Below are positions 38,127 to 47,732 of a stretch of DNA of 52,903 bases, piece by piece. The position numbers and the translations under genes are program-made. The notes under the pieces were generated by a model. It worked only from the letters and a program-made list of their open reading frames with translations, was not told where the DNA came from and made no database searches. Source of the DNA: Armatimonadota bacterium (GTDB lineage Bacteria; Armatimonadota; UBA10988); assembly GCA_016235455.1 (NCBI GenBank), contig JACRKZ010000156.1:1-52903 (forward strand), in the 5' to 3' direction. Each line of letters opens with the position of its first letter. The first letter of the stretch is position 1.

Positions 38127-39143
38127 TCAGCCTTGGCCGGCGGCGGCGGTCGCCGCCACTTCGAAGATATCCATGCCCGCGGGGCAGGCGTTCACGCAGC
38201 GGCCGCAGCCCACACACATGGGCCGGCCGTGCGCGCGCGGGTAGTAGCTGAACTTGTGCAGCGCCCGCTGCCGGTAACGCGCGGCCTGGTCGGCGCGCGG
38301 GTTGTGGCCCGAGGCGTGCAGCGTGAACAGCCCGAACTGGCAAGCGTCCCAGACGCGCAGCCGTTGGCCGCCGCGCAGGTTGGACTCGTCGACCACGTCG
38401 AAGCAGTGGCATGTCGGGCAGACGAAGGCACAGGTGCCGCATCCCAGGCAGCGGGCTGCGGCATCGGCCCAGGCGGCTTCGCCAAAGGCGGCGGCCAGCC
38501 CGTCGGCCAGCCCGGCGGGCAGCGCGCGCGGCGCCATGGCGGCCTCGGCACGGGCCGTGACCTCAGCCTTGTCGGCCGCGCCGGGCCGCAGGGCCTCGCC
38601 CAGCAGGTCGACCAGCGCGGCGCCACGCGCGGTCAGCACTTCCACCAAGACGCCCTCGGCCAGCGGCGTCAGCAGCAGGTCGCTGCCATCGGTGGCCGTG
38701 GGCGACAGGCCCACCGCGGTACAGGCACAGTGTGCCTGCGGCTGGTCGCACGACAGGCCGACCACCGTGATCCGCGCGCGCCGCGCCAGGTAGGGCGCGT
38801 CCGCCGGCTCCGCGCCGAACACCCCGTCGAGGATGGCCAGGCCGGCCGCATCGCACGGCCGCACGCCGAACAGCACGGTCGGCGCCGGCGGCTCCTCGCC
38901 CGGCAGCAGCTCCACGCCGGGGTTGCCGAAGCGGTAGCCGAACAGCCGTTGGGTGCGCGGGAAAGCCAGCTCCTTGGCCGAGGCGCGGGTCTGGCCGATC
39001 AGTTGTGCCTGCTCCGCCTGTTCGACATGCGCGAAGGCCAGCAGCCCGGCCTGCTCGACCGGCGCGACGACGCGCTGGCCGGCGGCCAGGATGGCGGTCA
39101 GCACGGCCTGCGCCGAGTCCGCGAGGTAGGTCGTCGGGCTCAT
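38127..39143 (-). CDS. flxB: FlxB / AsrA-like 4Fe-4S protein
   Basis: Start MSPTTY (ATGA overlap); GVRPCD, CLGCGTCAFVCPTCHCF, RVWDAC, CVGCGRCVNACP. Confidence 0.85.
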   Translation of the reverse strand: MSPTTYLADSAQAVLTAILAAGQRVVAPVEQAGLLAFAHVEQAEQAQLIGQTRASAKELAFPRTQRLFGYRFGNPGVELLPGEEPPAPTVLFGVRPCDAAGLAILDGVFGAEPADAPYLARRARITVVGLSCDQPQAHCACTAVGLSPTATDGSDLLLTPLAEGVLVEVLTARGAALVDLLGEALRPGAADKAEVTARAEAAMAPRALPAGLADGLAAAFGEAAWADAAARCLGCGTCAFVCPTCHCFDVVDESNLRGGQRLRVWDACQFGLFTLHASGHNPRADQAARYRQRALHKFSYYPRAHGRPMCVGCGRCVNACPAGMDIFEVAATAAAGQG

Positions 39144-40507
39144 CGGATGAACTCCTCGTGGTCTTCGAGCAGGTAGGTGGTCAGCGGCGGCGGCAGGTCG
39201 GGGTCGCCGCCGGCCACGTAGCCGAATTCGTCGCGTACCACCTGCGCCAGCTTGGCGTTGAGCAGGTCGAGCCGGATGTTCGACGGGCAGACCCGGGTGC
39301 ACTCGCCACACCCCACGCAGCGCCCAGCCAGGTGGAAGGCGCGGACCAGGTTCCAGGCCAGATTGCCCCGGCCGTCGCTGCTCTTGGACACCCACTGCGG
39401 GCGGCTCTGGTCGGCGATGCACTGGCTGCAGTAGCACAACGGGCAGACGGCGCGACAGGCGTAGCAGCGCAGGCAGCGGTCGAACTGCGCCTGCCACCAG
39501 GCGCGGCGCTGGGCCGGCGACATCTTCTCCACCCAGGCGATCTCAGCGGCCAGACCCTCACCGTCGACCGGCGTCAGCGGCACTTCGGCCGAGAGCACTT
39601 CGTCCACCAGCGCGGGCCAGGCGCTGTCGCAGGTGTGGCACTTGGGCGCCAGCGCGCCATCGACCTCCACCCCGATGCAGGGCACGCCCAGCAGCGTCAC
39701 CTGCTCGCGCTCGATCTGGCGCTCCTGCAGCAGGCCGACCACGGCGCGTGCGTCGCAGCTCTTGACCAGCAGGCCAACCCGGCCGTGACGCTTGACCAGC
39801 CCGCGGGTCAGGTAGGTGGCCAGGTTGTTGACCGCGTGCTCGTTCCAGACCAACTGGTCGACCTCGTCAGGCGAGGTGATGAACGCTGGCCGCAAGCGGC
39901 CCGGCAGCGAGCCCTGGCCGTAGCCGACGAACACATCGACCCGGCAATCGCTCAGCCAGCGCTGTGCCGTGGCGCGCAACTCGCCCACCACGTCGAGCGG
40001 CTCCGGCACTGGTCGCGGCGGCTCGGACAGGGAGCGCACGGGCAGTTCGCCCGCGCCACCCCAGGTCGGCTGTACCGGGCCCACGCGCAGCAGGCCGGCG
40101 ACCACATCGCTGACCACATCGGCCCATTTGCGGCCTTCGGCGGCCGACACCCACGAGAACTGCAGCCGCTCGGGTTCGATGCCCAGGAACTCGGCCAGCG
40201 CGTGCAGCACCATGAACTTGCGCCGCGCATGGTAGTTGCCCGCCGTGTAGTGGCAGTCGCCGGGATGGCAGCCCGAGACGAGCACGCCATCGGCGCCCTG
40301 CTCGAAGGCGCGGATGATGAAGTGCGGGTCGATGCGGCCCGAGCACGGCAGCCGCACGATGCGCACGTTGGCCGGATACTCGGTGCGGCTGGTGCCAGCC
40401 AGGTCGGCGCCGGTGTAGGTGCACCAGTTGCAGACGAAGGCCACCAGCCGTGGCTTCCAGGTCGCCGTGTCCGGCGCGCTCGGCGTCAAGAGTGTCTCAG
40501 TGCTCAT
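39140..40507 (-). CDS. MvhD/FlxD [2Fe-2S] domain fused to FlxC-like 4Fe-4S domain
   Basis: FVCNWCTYTGADLAG, RLPCSGRIDP, GADGVLVSGCHPGDCHY; then KSCD, CLRCYACRAVCPLCYC..C, HLAGRCVGCGECTRVCP. Confidence 0.88.
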   Translation of the reverse strand: MSTETLLTPSAPDTATWKPRLVAFVCNWCTYTGADLAGTSRTEYPANVRIVRLPCSGRIDPHFIIRAFEQGADGVLVSGCHPGDCHYTAGNYHARRKFMVLHALAEFLGIEPERLQFSWVSAAEGRKWADVVSDVVAGLLRVGPVQPTWGGAGELPVRSLSEPPRPVPEPLDVVGELRATAQRWLSDCRVDVFVGYGQGSLPGRLRPAFITSPDEVDQLVWNEHAVNNLATYLTRGLVKRHGRVGLLVKSCDARAVVGLLQERQIEREQVTLLGVPCIGVEVDGALAPKCHTCDSAWPALVDEVLSAEVPLTPVDGEGLAAEIAWVEKMSPAQRRAWWQAQFDRCLRCYACRAVCPLCYCSQCIADQSRPQWVSKSSDGRGNLAWNLVRAFHLAGRCVGCGECTRVCPSNIRLDLLNAKLAQVVRDEFGYVAGGDPDLPPPLTTYLLEDHEEFIR

Positions 40508-40517
40508 TGGTCATCCA

Positions 40518-42491
40518 TCAAAACGGCGCGAGGGCCCCGATCTCGGCGAACGTCTGCTCGTCGCTGAAGCCCGCCAGATCGATACTGTGGCTGCGGCAGG
40601 TGACCACGCACAGCCCGCAGCCCGCGCACACGCCCTCATTGATATGCGAGACCACGCGCAGCAGGTCGCCGGCGCGGTTGCGCAATTCGCGATGCTCGGG
40701 CGCGTGGAACGGGCAGACGCGCTCACAGTCGAAGCAGGCCACGCAGGTCGCCTCGTTGACCCGCGACACCACGGGCTCGCGTTCGAGCTGGTCGGCGGAG
40801 AACAGCGCCAGCACCTTGGCCGCGCAGCCGCCGGCCTGGGCTACCGTGTCGGGAATGTCGCGCGGCGCCTGGCAGGTGCCGGCCAGGAAGACGCCCGCGG
40901 TGTTGGTTTCCACTGGCCGCAGCTTGGGGTGCGCCTCGCTGGCGAAGCCGAAGGCGTCGTACGGCACGCTGAGCTTCTGGGCCAAGGCATCGCTGCCGGG
41001 GCGCGGAGTGACCGCCGTGGCCAGCACCACCAGGTCCGCGCGGATGGTCAGCGCCGTGCCACTGAGCGTGTCGGCGCCGCGCACCACGAGCTGGTCGCCG
41101 TCGCGGTAGATGCGCGAGACCCGGCCGCGCAGATACTGGGCGCCCTCCTCGGCGATGACGCGGTGCACGAACGCGTCGTAGTTCTTGCCGGCGGCGCGGA
41201 TGTCCATGTAGAACACGTACGCCTGGCCGTCATGCACCTTGTGTTTGTACAGTAGCGCGTGCTTGGCCGTGTACATGCAGCAGATGCTCGAGCAGTAAGG
41301 CACACCGCGCGCCGGATCGCGCGAGCCGGCGCAGGCCACGAACACCACGCTCCGCGGCACCTCGCCGTTCGATGGCCGCCGCGGCTCACCGGCCGTGGGC
41401 CCCGAGGCACTCAGCAGTCGCTCGAACTGCAGCCCGTTGATGATGTCCGGGTCACTGCCATACTCCGGATAGAGCGTCGGCGGCTGCACATCGAAGCCGG
41501 TGGCCATGACGATGGCGCCGACCTCCTCGGTGACCAGCGTGTCCGTCTGCTCGTAGTCAATGCATCCCGCTGGGCAGGCCTTGGCGCACAGACCGCACTT
41601 GCCTTTGAGGAACATCGTGCAGCGCGTGCGGTCGATGACCGGCAGGTTGGGCACGGCCTGGGCAAACGGGATGAAGATGGCCGGCCGCTGGCCCATGCCC
41701 GCGTCGAACTCACTGGCGATCTTCTTCTGCGGGCAACGCTGGGTGCAGGCGCCGCAGCCGGTGCACTTGGACTCGTCCACCGAACGGGCCCGGCGGCGAA
41801 TGGTCACCGTGAAGTTGCCCACGTAGCCGTCGACGGCTTCCACTTCGGCGTAGGTGTAGAGCTGGATGCGCGGGTGGTTCTTCACCTCCACCATGCGCGG
41901 GGTCATGATGCACTGCGAGCAATCGAGCGTGGGGAAGGTCTCGGAGAGCTGCGCCATGTGGCCGCCGATGGACGGTTCGCGCTCCACGAGCACCACGTCG
42001 CGCCCGGCGTTGGCGATGTCCAGCGCGGCCTGAATGCCGGCGATGCCGCCGCCGATGACCAGCGCGCGCTTGGTCATCGGCACGCGAATCGGCGCGAGCG
42101 GCTGGTTGCGCTTCACCTTCTCTACCATGATCGCGATCAGCTCAAGCGCTTTAGACGTAGCTTCTTCGCGATCCGAGTGGACCCAGGAGCAGTGCTCGCG
42201 CAGGTTGGCCATCTCGCACAGGTAGCGGTTGAGCCCGGCGCCTTCCACGGCGTTCTGGAAGGTGTTTTCGTGCATGTGCGGGCTGCACGCGGCGACCACG
42301 ATGCCGGTCAAGCCCTGCGCGACGATGGCCTCGCGGATCTTGCGCTGGCCGGGGTCCGAGCACATGTAGCGATAGGATTCGGCGTGCGCCACGCCGGGGA
42401 TCTGCGCCGCGGCCTCGGCCACGCGGTCCACGTCCACGTTACGGGCGATGTTCTCGCCGCAATGACAGATGAAGACTCCGATGCGTGCCAT
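40518..42491 (-). CDS. hdrA: Heterodisulfide reductase subunit A
   Basis: RIGVFICHCGENIA, MCSDPGQ, AACSP, ANLREHCSWVH, GGGIAG, TFPTLDCSQC, CAGSRD...CSSICCMY; ferredoxin motifs. Confidence 0.95.
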   Translation of the reverse strand: MARIGVFICHCGENIARNVDVDRVAEAAAQIPGVAHAESYRYMCSDPGQRKIREAIVAQGLTGIVVAACSPHMHENTFQNAVEGAGLNRYLCEMANLREHCSWVHSDREEATSKALELIAIMVEKVKRNQPLAPIRVPMTKRALVIGGGIAGIQAALDIANAGRDVVLVEREPSIGGHMAQLSETFPTLDCSQCIMTPRMVEVKNHPRIQLYTYAEVEAVDGYVGNFTVTIRRRARSVDESKCTGCGACTQRCPQKKIASEFDAGMGQRPAIFIPFAQAVPNLPVIDRTRCTMFLKGKCGLCAKACPAGCIDYEQTDTLVTEEVGAIVMATGFDVQPPTLYPEYGSDPDIINGLQFERLLSASGPTAGEPRRPSNGEVPRSVVFVACAGSRDPARGVPYCSSICCMYTAKHALLYKHKVHDGQAYVFYMDIRAAGKNYDAFVHRVIAEEGAQYLRGRVSRIYRDGDQLVVRGADTLSGTALTIRADLVVLATAVTPRPGSDALAQKLSVPYDAFGFASEAHPKLRPVETNTAGVFLAGTCQAPRDIPDTVAQAGGCAAKVLALFSADQLEREPVVSRVNEATCVACFDCERVCPFHAPEHRELRNRAGDLLRVVSHINEGVCAGCGLCVVTCRSHSIDLAGFSDEQTFAEIGALAPF

Positions 42492-43360
42492 CAGCTCAAC
42501 CACCCAGCCAGCGTGGGCCGGCTATCCACAAACGACTTGTCCAGACCCAGCTCGTCCGCGCCGGCGCCCAGCGCCAGGCCCACGAGTTGGGTGAAATAGA
42601 CCGCGGGCAGGTCGTAGCGGTGACCGGTCTGAGCGGTCACGTCGGTCTGCCGCACGTCCAGGTTGGCCTGGCACAGCGGGCAGGCCACGGCCACGACATC
42701 CGCGCCGGCGCGCTTGGCCTGGTCCAGCAGCCGATCGACCAGGCTGACCACGATGTCGCTGCGCGACAGGCTGAGGTTGGCCCCGCAGCACTCGGTCTTG
42801 CCCGGCCAGTCCACGGTCTCGGCGCCGCAGGCGGCCAGCACGCGATCCATGCTGGTCGGGTGTTCGGCGTCGTCGAAGGCCATGACCTCGGGTGGGCGCA
42901 CCAGCAGGCAGCCGTAGTAGCAGGCCACCTTGAGGCCGGTCAGCGGCCGGCGCACTCGGGCGGCCAACGCGTCGAGCCCGTAGGTGTCGAGCAGCAGTTC
43001 CAGCAGGTGGTCGACACGCACATCCAACGGCGCGGGTGCTTCCAGCACGTGCTCGACGCGGCCGCGCAGCACCTCGTCGTGGGCCATCTCGTGCCGCGCG
43101 CTGCGCAGGCGGTTGAAGCAGGCCGCGCAAGCCACCACCAGGCTGTCACGCTGCTGGTCGGAGGCAAGCCGCAGATTCTGGGCGCTCAGCGCCACGGAGA
43201 GCAGCGCGCTGGTGTTGTGGGCCGGGGTGGAGCCGCAGCAGGTCCAGCCCTCGAGCTCCGTCAGGTCCAGGCCCAGCCGTTGGCACACGGCGTGAGCCGA
43301 CTGGGCGTAGTCGTTGCCGGTCCCGTGCAACGAGCAGCCCGGATAGAAAGCGACGCTCAC
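42491..43360 (-). CDS. hdrB: Heterodisulfide reductase subunit B
   Basis: FYPGCSL, WTCCG, CAACF, YYGCLLVRP, KTECCGA, CPLCQANLD (two CCG domains). Confidence 0.93.
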   Translation of the reverse strand: MSVAFYPGCSLHGTGNDYAQSAHAVCQRLGLDLTELEGWTCCGSTPAHNTSALLSVALSAQNLRLASDQQRDSLVVACAACFNRLRSARHEMAHDEVLRGRVEHVLEAPAPLDVRVDHLLELLLDTYGLDALAARVRRPLTGLKVACYYGCLLVRPPEVMAFDDAEHPTSMDRVLAACGAETVDWPGKTECCGANLSLSRSDIVVSLVDRLLDQAKRAGADVVAVACPLCQANLDVRQTDVTAQTGHRYDLPAVYFTQLVGLALGAGADELGLDKSFVDSRPTLAGWLS

Positions 43361-43929
43361 GTCTCCGATCCCTCCAGCTCCTGCACCCGCTCGAAGATAC
43401 GGCGCACGGCGGGAAGGTTGGCACTGCGTTGGGGCAGCAGGTGAAGCTTGCCCTTGCGCATCATTGACGGCCCCTTGGTCACGTCGCGCAGCGGCCGGCG
43501 GCTGGCCAGGTTGAAGCCGGCCACCAGGCTCATCTCATGCACACGGCCAAAGGCACGGATCTGGGCCAGGAACAGCCGGTTGAGCAAGGCCGCGCCGCGA
43601 TTGTCGCGGGCGTAGCCGTCCTGCTCGGCCACGGCCCGCAGCGCATCCATGACGCGCGGCAGACGACAGGCTTGCGGACATCGGCTGACACAGGTTTCGC
43701 ACGAGGCGCACAGCCAGATGGCCTCGTCGCGCAGCACGCGTTCCCGGGCGCCCAGTTGCACCAGGCGCATGACCCGCGCGGGATCGGTGTCCATCTCGCT
43801 GGCCACCGGGCAGCCGGCCGTGCACTTGCCGCATTGGTAGCAGCTCGACACAGTCTGGCCCGACAGGTGCTCTATCCGGGCGCGAAAGGCTAAGGCAGCC
43901 TCCGACGCAATATCACTCGCTGTTGGCAC
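43357..43929 (-). CDS. hdrC: Heterodisulfide reductase subunit C
   Basis: GTG start after GGAGGA; CYQCGKCTAGCP and WLCASCETCVSRCP. Confidence 0.92.
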   Translation of the reverse strand: MPTASDIASEAALAFRARIEHLSGQTVSSCYQCGKCTAGCPVASEMDTDPARVMRLVQLGARERVLRDEAIWLCASCETCVSRCPQACRLPRVMDALRAVAEQDGYARDNRGAALLNRLFLAQIRAFGRVHEMSLVAGFNLASRRPLRDVTKGPSMMRKGKLHLLPQRSANLPAVRRIFERVQELEGSET

Positions 43930-44118
43930 GGCACTCCTCCGTCCACGACACGGCAGAGCGGCCAGATGAACCGCCCACAGCACCCACGAGCGTGGGCCCT
44001 GCTTTGCTGGTGAGCGCCTCAGGCGAGTCGACGCCACCATCCCCCGGAGGCATCATACACCTAGTCCCGTTTTCGGCAACACCTGAGCCGGAGGTTTCGC
44101 TTCGCGGGGATCTAACGC

Positions 44119-44325
44119 TCAGGTTAGGCCGGATTCCTGTTGCGTCTCGGTTTCGTCGCCGGCCTGCTCGTAGCGCTCGGCTGTGGCTTCGCGGGCCGTC
44201 ACCTGGCCCAGGGCGCCCTCAATCGGCGCGGTGATCTGCTCACAGGCCTCGCCCTTGAGGCCGAGCGTGCGTTCCTCAATCGTGCCGTCGGGATGGATGA
44301 TGAACTCGATGGTTTCCTGGGGCAT
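44119..44325 (-). CDS. DUF2997-family small protein
   Basis: IEFIIHPDGTIEE...G.KG..C...T..IE.ALG.V pattern. Confidence 0.85.
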   Translation of the reverse strand: MPQETIEFIIHPDGTIEERTLGLKGEACEQITAPIEGALGQVTAREATAERYEQAGDETETQQESGLT

Positions 44326-44340
44326 GGCGGCACTCGACTC

Positions 44341-44718
44341 CTACGTGTAACGTTGCACGACGAGGCGGATGGAGCCGTCGGCCTGCGTCTCCTCGCCGAC
44401 CACCTGGAAGCCTTGGGCCTCGGCCTGCTCGCGGCAGACATGGTAGGCATAGCGCTGGGTGATTGTGCCGAGCAGCTCGGTCAGGTTGTCGCGGAAGCCC
44501 CACTCGTCGGCCAGCAGCACCAGCTCGTCGCCAACCACGCGGAAACCGAAGTCGTAATGATTGGCCATGGGCACCACGAGGTCGGCGCGGCGCGACTCGC
44601 CGTTCCAGCCGCGCACGCGCACGTTGCCCGCCGTCGGCTGGTAGCCCAGGTCGCGCAGCGCCTTCTCCAGCAGGGCCAGATTGCGCAGCTTGGTCTTGAT
44701 CCGCGTGAAATGCGACAC
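44341..44718 (-). CDS. DUF1257 / Ycf35-family protein
   Basis: MSHFTRIKT.L.....L..AL.DLG, VRGWNG, QRYAY, DGSIRLVVQR. Confidence 0.88.
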   Translation of the reverse strand: MSHFTRIKTKLRNLALLEKALRDLGYQPTAGNVRVRGWNGESRRADLVVPMANHYDFGFRVVGDELVLLADEWGFRDNLTELLGTITQRYAYHVCREQAEAQGFQVVGEETQADGSIRLVVQRYT

Positions 44719-44730
44719 GTCGGCCTCCGC

Positions 44731-45294
44731 TCAGGCCAGGATGTGGTCGAGCACGATCTTGGCGCCGATACCGATCAGGACCAGCCCGCCGAGCAACTCC
44801 ATGCGGCGGCCGAACCGCTCGCCCAGCCGACTGCCCAGCCGCATGCCGAGCATGGTCAAGGTGGCCGTGGTGACGCCGATGATCGCGCTGGGGTACCAGA
44901 TGTCGACCTTCAGCATGGCGAACGTGAAGCCGATGGCCAGCGCGTCGATGCTGGTCGCCACGGACAGCATGACCATGCGCGCGCCCTTCGTCGGGTCATG
45001 GGCCAGCGGTTCGTCCTCATCGCGCTCCAGCGCCTCGCGGATGGCCTTGATGCCCAACAGCGTCAGCAGCGCGAAGGCGATCCAATGGTCCCAGCTGACC
45101 ACATAGTGGCCGACCCAGCGGCCCAGCGACCAGCCGATGACCGGCATCATGGCCTGGAACAGCCCGAAATGGAACGACAGCCGGAAGACCTGCCGCGGAT
45201 GCAGCTTGCCCAACGCCACACTGGCGCTCACCGCGACGGCGAAGGCGTCCATGGACAGGCCCACGGCGATAGCGAACAACTGCGCGAAGCTCAT
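44731..45294 (-). CDS. mntP: Manganese efflux pump MntP
   Basis: GLSMDAFAV, FGLFQAMMP, DHWIAF, ATSIDALAIG, ELLGGLVLIGIG. Confidence 0.92.
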   Translation of the reverse strand: MSFAQLFAIAVGLSMDAFAVAVSASVALGKLHPRQVFRLSFHFGLFQAMMPVIGWSLGRWVGHYVVSWDHWIAFALLTLLGIKAIREALERDEDEPLAHDPTKGARMVMLSVATSIDALAIGFTFAMLKVDIWYPSAIIGVTTATLTMLGMRLGSRLGERFGRRMELLGGLVLIGIGAKIVLDHILA

Positions 45295-46343
45295 CCGGCG
45301 AACCCCTTGGCCAGCCTGGCCAGTGCGGCGATCCAGTCGGGCCGCAAGTCATACAGTCGGCGGTTCTCACGCGTGGGATGCACGCGATTGGTCAGTAGCG
45401 CCACCACCAGTTCACGCTCGGGGCTGGCCCAGGCCAGCGTGCCGGTGAACCCATCGTGGCCGAACGCGCGCGCATCGCCCGACTCATAGCCCAGCCGCTT
45501 GAGCCCCAGCCAGAAGGCGGCGCCGCTCACATCGGCGCGCGGCGTGAACACCTCGGCCCACAACGGCGCCGAGAGCAGCTTGCGCTGCATCATGGCCAGC
45601 AAGGCCTGGCCCGCGGCCGGCGCCGTGGCGAACAGCCCGGCATGGCCGGCCACGCCGCCACACGCCGCCGCGTTCTCGTCATGCACCTCGCCGCGCACCA
45701 GCGCGCCGCGCCAGGCGCAGACCTCGGTGGCTGCCGTGGTCTCGGGTGCCAGCGGCCCATAGACCAACTGGCCTGCCAGACCTAACGGCTTTAGAACACG
45801 CTCTTGAAGGAAGATGTCCTGGCGCTGCCCGCTTGCCGCCTCGACCGCGAAGCCGAGCAGCATGAAGCCCAGATCAGAGTACTCGCAGGCGGTGCCCGGC
45901 GGCCGGACGAGGTCGCTGGCCAGCAGCGCGGCCTTGATCGTCTCGCGGTCGCGGCCGAGCCGGTAGAACAGCCTGAACGGTGGCAGCCCGGCCTGATGGG
46001 TCAGCAGCCAGCGCGGCGTGAGGTGCGCCAGCCGCCGGTCATGCTCGAACAGCGCGGGCACGGCCTGGCCCAGCGGCTGGTCGAGACACAGCTTGCCGTC
46101 ATCGACCAGCGCCAGCACGCACCACGTGGTGGACAGCGCCTTGGTAAGCGAAGCCAAGTCGAAGACTTGGCTTCGCGACAGGGGCTCGGGCGCGGGCAGC
46201 GTGGTGGCCAGGCCCCATGTCTCGTCGAGCACCACCTGCCCGCGATGCCAGACCCAGCACTGGGCGCCGGGAGCTGCTCCCGTTGCCAAGCCGCTGGTGA
46301 CTGTGCGCCACCACTGGGAATAGGGTCCGTCGCCGTGTGCCAC
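45291..46343 (-). CDS. Serine hydrolase, beta-lactamase (class C-like) family
   Basis: FDLASLTK (SxxK), LLTHQAGL, YSDLGF, GEVHDENA, GHAGLF, FGHDGFTG. Confidence 0.9.
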   Translation of the reverse strand: MAHGDGPYSQWWRTVTSGLATGAAPGAQCWVWHRGQVVLDETWGLATTLPAPEPLSRSQVFDLASLTKALSTTWCVLALVDDGKLCLDQPLGQAVPALFEHDRRLAHLTPRWLLTHQAGLPPFRLFYRLGRDRETIKAALLASDLVRPPGTACEYSDLGFMLLGFAVEAASGQRQDIFLQERVLKPLGLAGQLVYGPLAPETTAATEVCAWRGALVRGEVHDENAAACGGVAGHAGLFATAPAAGQALLAMMQRKLLSAPLWAEVFTPRADVSGAAFWLGLKRLGYESGDARAFGHDGFTGTLAWASPERELVVALLTNRVHPTRENRRLYDLRPDWIAALARLAKGFAG

Positions 46344-46403
46344 GGGGTCAGGGTAGGCGGGGGTTGGGTGGTTGTCAATGCTGCCAAAGCAGCAACGACC
46401 CAG

Positions 46404-47717
46404 CTACCCCTGCTTCTGTCTGGCAGCCCAATCGATGTAGTACACAGACCGACGGCTCAGATAGGCGAACCACTGGCCGTTGCCGGACCACGTTACGCAC
46501 GGGCGTGCCACCACGTCGCGCATCTTGCGCCGGAACGTCACGTTGTTCAGTTCACAGTCAGCTCGGAGGAGCTGACCACTGTTGGGTTCTGTGCACCATG
46601 TGGCCCAGGTAGGTTTCCTTTCGATGCCGGCCGTGGGGTCTGGCGCGGGCGCCATCGGGTCGTGGCCAGTCTCGACCTTGGCCTCGATGAGCAGGTCCAG
46701 CGTCTCTGGTACCTGCTGGCCGGAGAACAGCAACAACTGCCATACGGTGGCCGCCGCGCCGCCGCTGGTCACACGCCGCTTGGTCCAGCAAGCTATGTTC
46801 CCGCCTGCGGGATGGGCAGCCGGCTGCGCGAAGGTGAGTGTCTCCTGAATGGGTCCTTCGTCCCCCGTGACTTTGCCGTCGAACCATGGCTCCACGATGA
46901 GTTGACGCCACGCCGACGCATCGGTGGCCGGTGCACCGCGACGCAGTTCGAGCCAGTAGATCCCCGTGTTCGGGCATGGATCGTCTTTGGAGAGATCGTC
47001 GAGCCGGCCCAGCCAAAGGCGCCAGCCGTCCGGCATCTTGTCGACACCCAAGTCGCGCCAGCGGCCGGGCGAGGTCACCTTTGGCGTCGGCACTGTGGCC
47101 AGGCGTGTGCTGTTGCCGTCCAGAAGCGCTACATTGTCATCTGCAACCTCGAGGAAGAGCACATCGCCGAGCAATCGATGGTTGGCATCACACATCGGCT
47201 CAATGCGATGGTCGTAGGAGGTGCCGCCGGTGCGACCGATACCGCGCTCCAAGCGGATCAGGGGCGCATCTGGTGCGAGTTGGCGCGGTGCCTCATAGGG
47301 GAAGATCAAGGCCTCCGTCCCGTTCAGGCGAACGCGGTGGGGCGGCATCGGTAGCGGAGCGTCAAAGTAGGCCGACCACAAGTGCTGGCCGACGAAGATG
47401 CCCTGCCGTTGGCCCCATGAACGGATCAGGTAGGTGAGCGGCTGCCCAGGCGGAGTGTAGGGCTTCACGCCAAGCTCGATGATCTGCCGCTCAACGCCAT
47501 CGCCAGGGCACAGGGCAACGATGGCCGGCTCGTTCGGCACCATGTCGCCCCCGAAGACGGGCTTCATCTTGCGTTTGGTGTAGCCCTCGGCGATCTCGCG
47601 GCCGGCGGCCTGCGCGCGAGTGGCCAGCTCGGCAACGAACTTGCAGTCCTTGGGCGGGGCAGCCCAGCCTGTGCTCACCGTCAGAGCCGCCGCCAACCAC
47701 CATCGTAGACGTTGCAT
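46404..47717 (-). CDS. Hypothetical exported protein, possible beta-propeller; candidate immunity/accessory protein
   Basis: Signal MQRLRWWLAAALTVSTGWA; Trp-rich; C-terminal P..TWSGNGQWFAY resembles a TolB/PD40 blade; atypical codon usage. Confidence 0.6.
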   Translation of the reverse strand: MQRLRWWLAAALTVSTGWAAPPKDCKFVAELATRAQAAGREIAEGYTKRKMKPVFGGDMVPNEPAIVALCPGDGVERQIIELGVKPYTPPGQPLTYLIRSWGQRQGIFVGQHLWSAYFDAPLPMPPHRVRLNGTEALIFPYEAPRQLAPDAPLIRLERGIGRTGGTSYDHRIEPMCDANHRLLGDVLFLEVADDNVALLDGNSTRLATVPTPKVTSPGRWRDLGVDKMPDGWRLWLGRLDDLSKDDPCPNTGIYWLELRRGAPATDASAWRQLIVEPWFDGKVTGDEGPIQETLTFAQPAAHPAGGNIACWTKRRVTSGGAAATVWQLLLFSGQQVPETLDLLIEAKVETGHDPMAPAPDPTAGIERKPTWATWCTEPNSGQLLRADCELNNVTFRRKMRDVVARPCVTWSGNGQWFAYLSRRSVYYIDWAARQKQG

Positions 47718-47732
47718 AGCCTGCCTTCCCTT

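Noticed and set aside
37285-43929. Selenocysteine recoding in HdrA/MvhD
   Set aside because: All expected Cys positions are Cys codons; no in-frame TGA.
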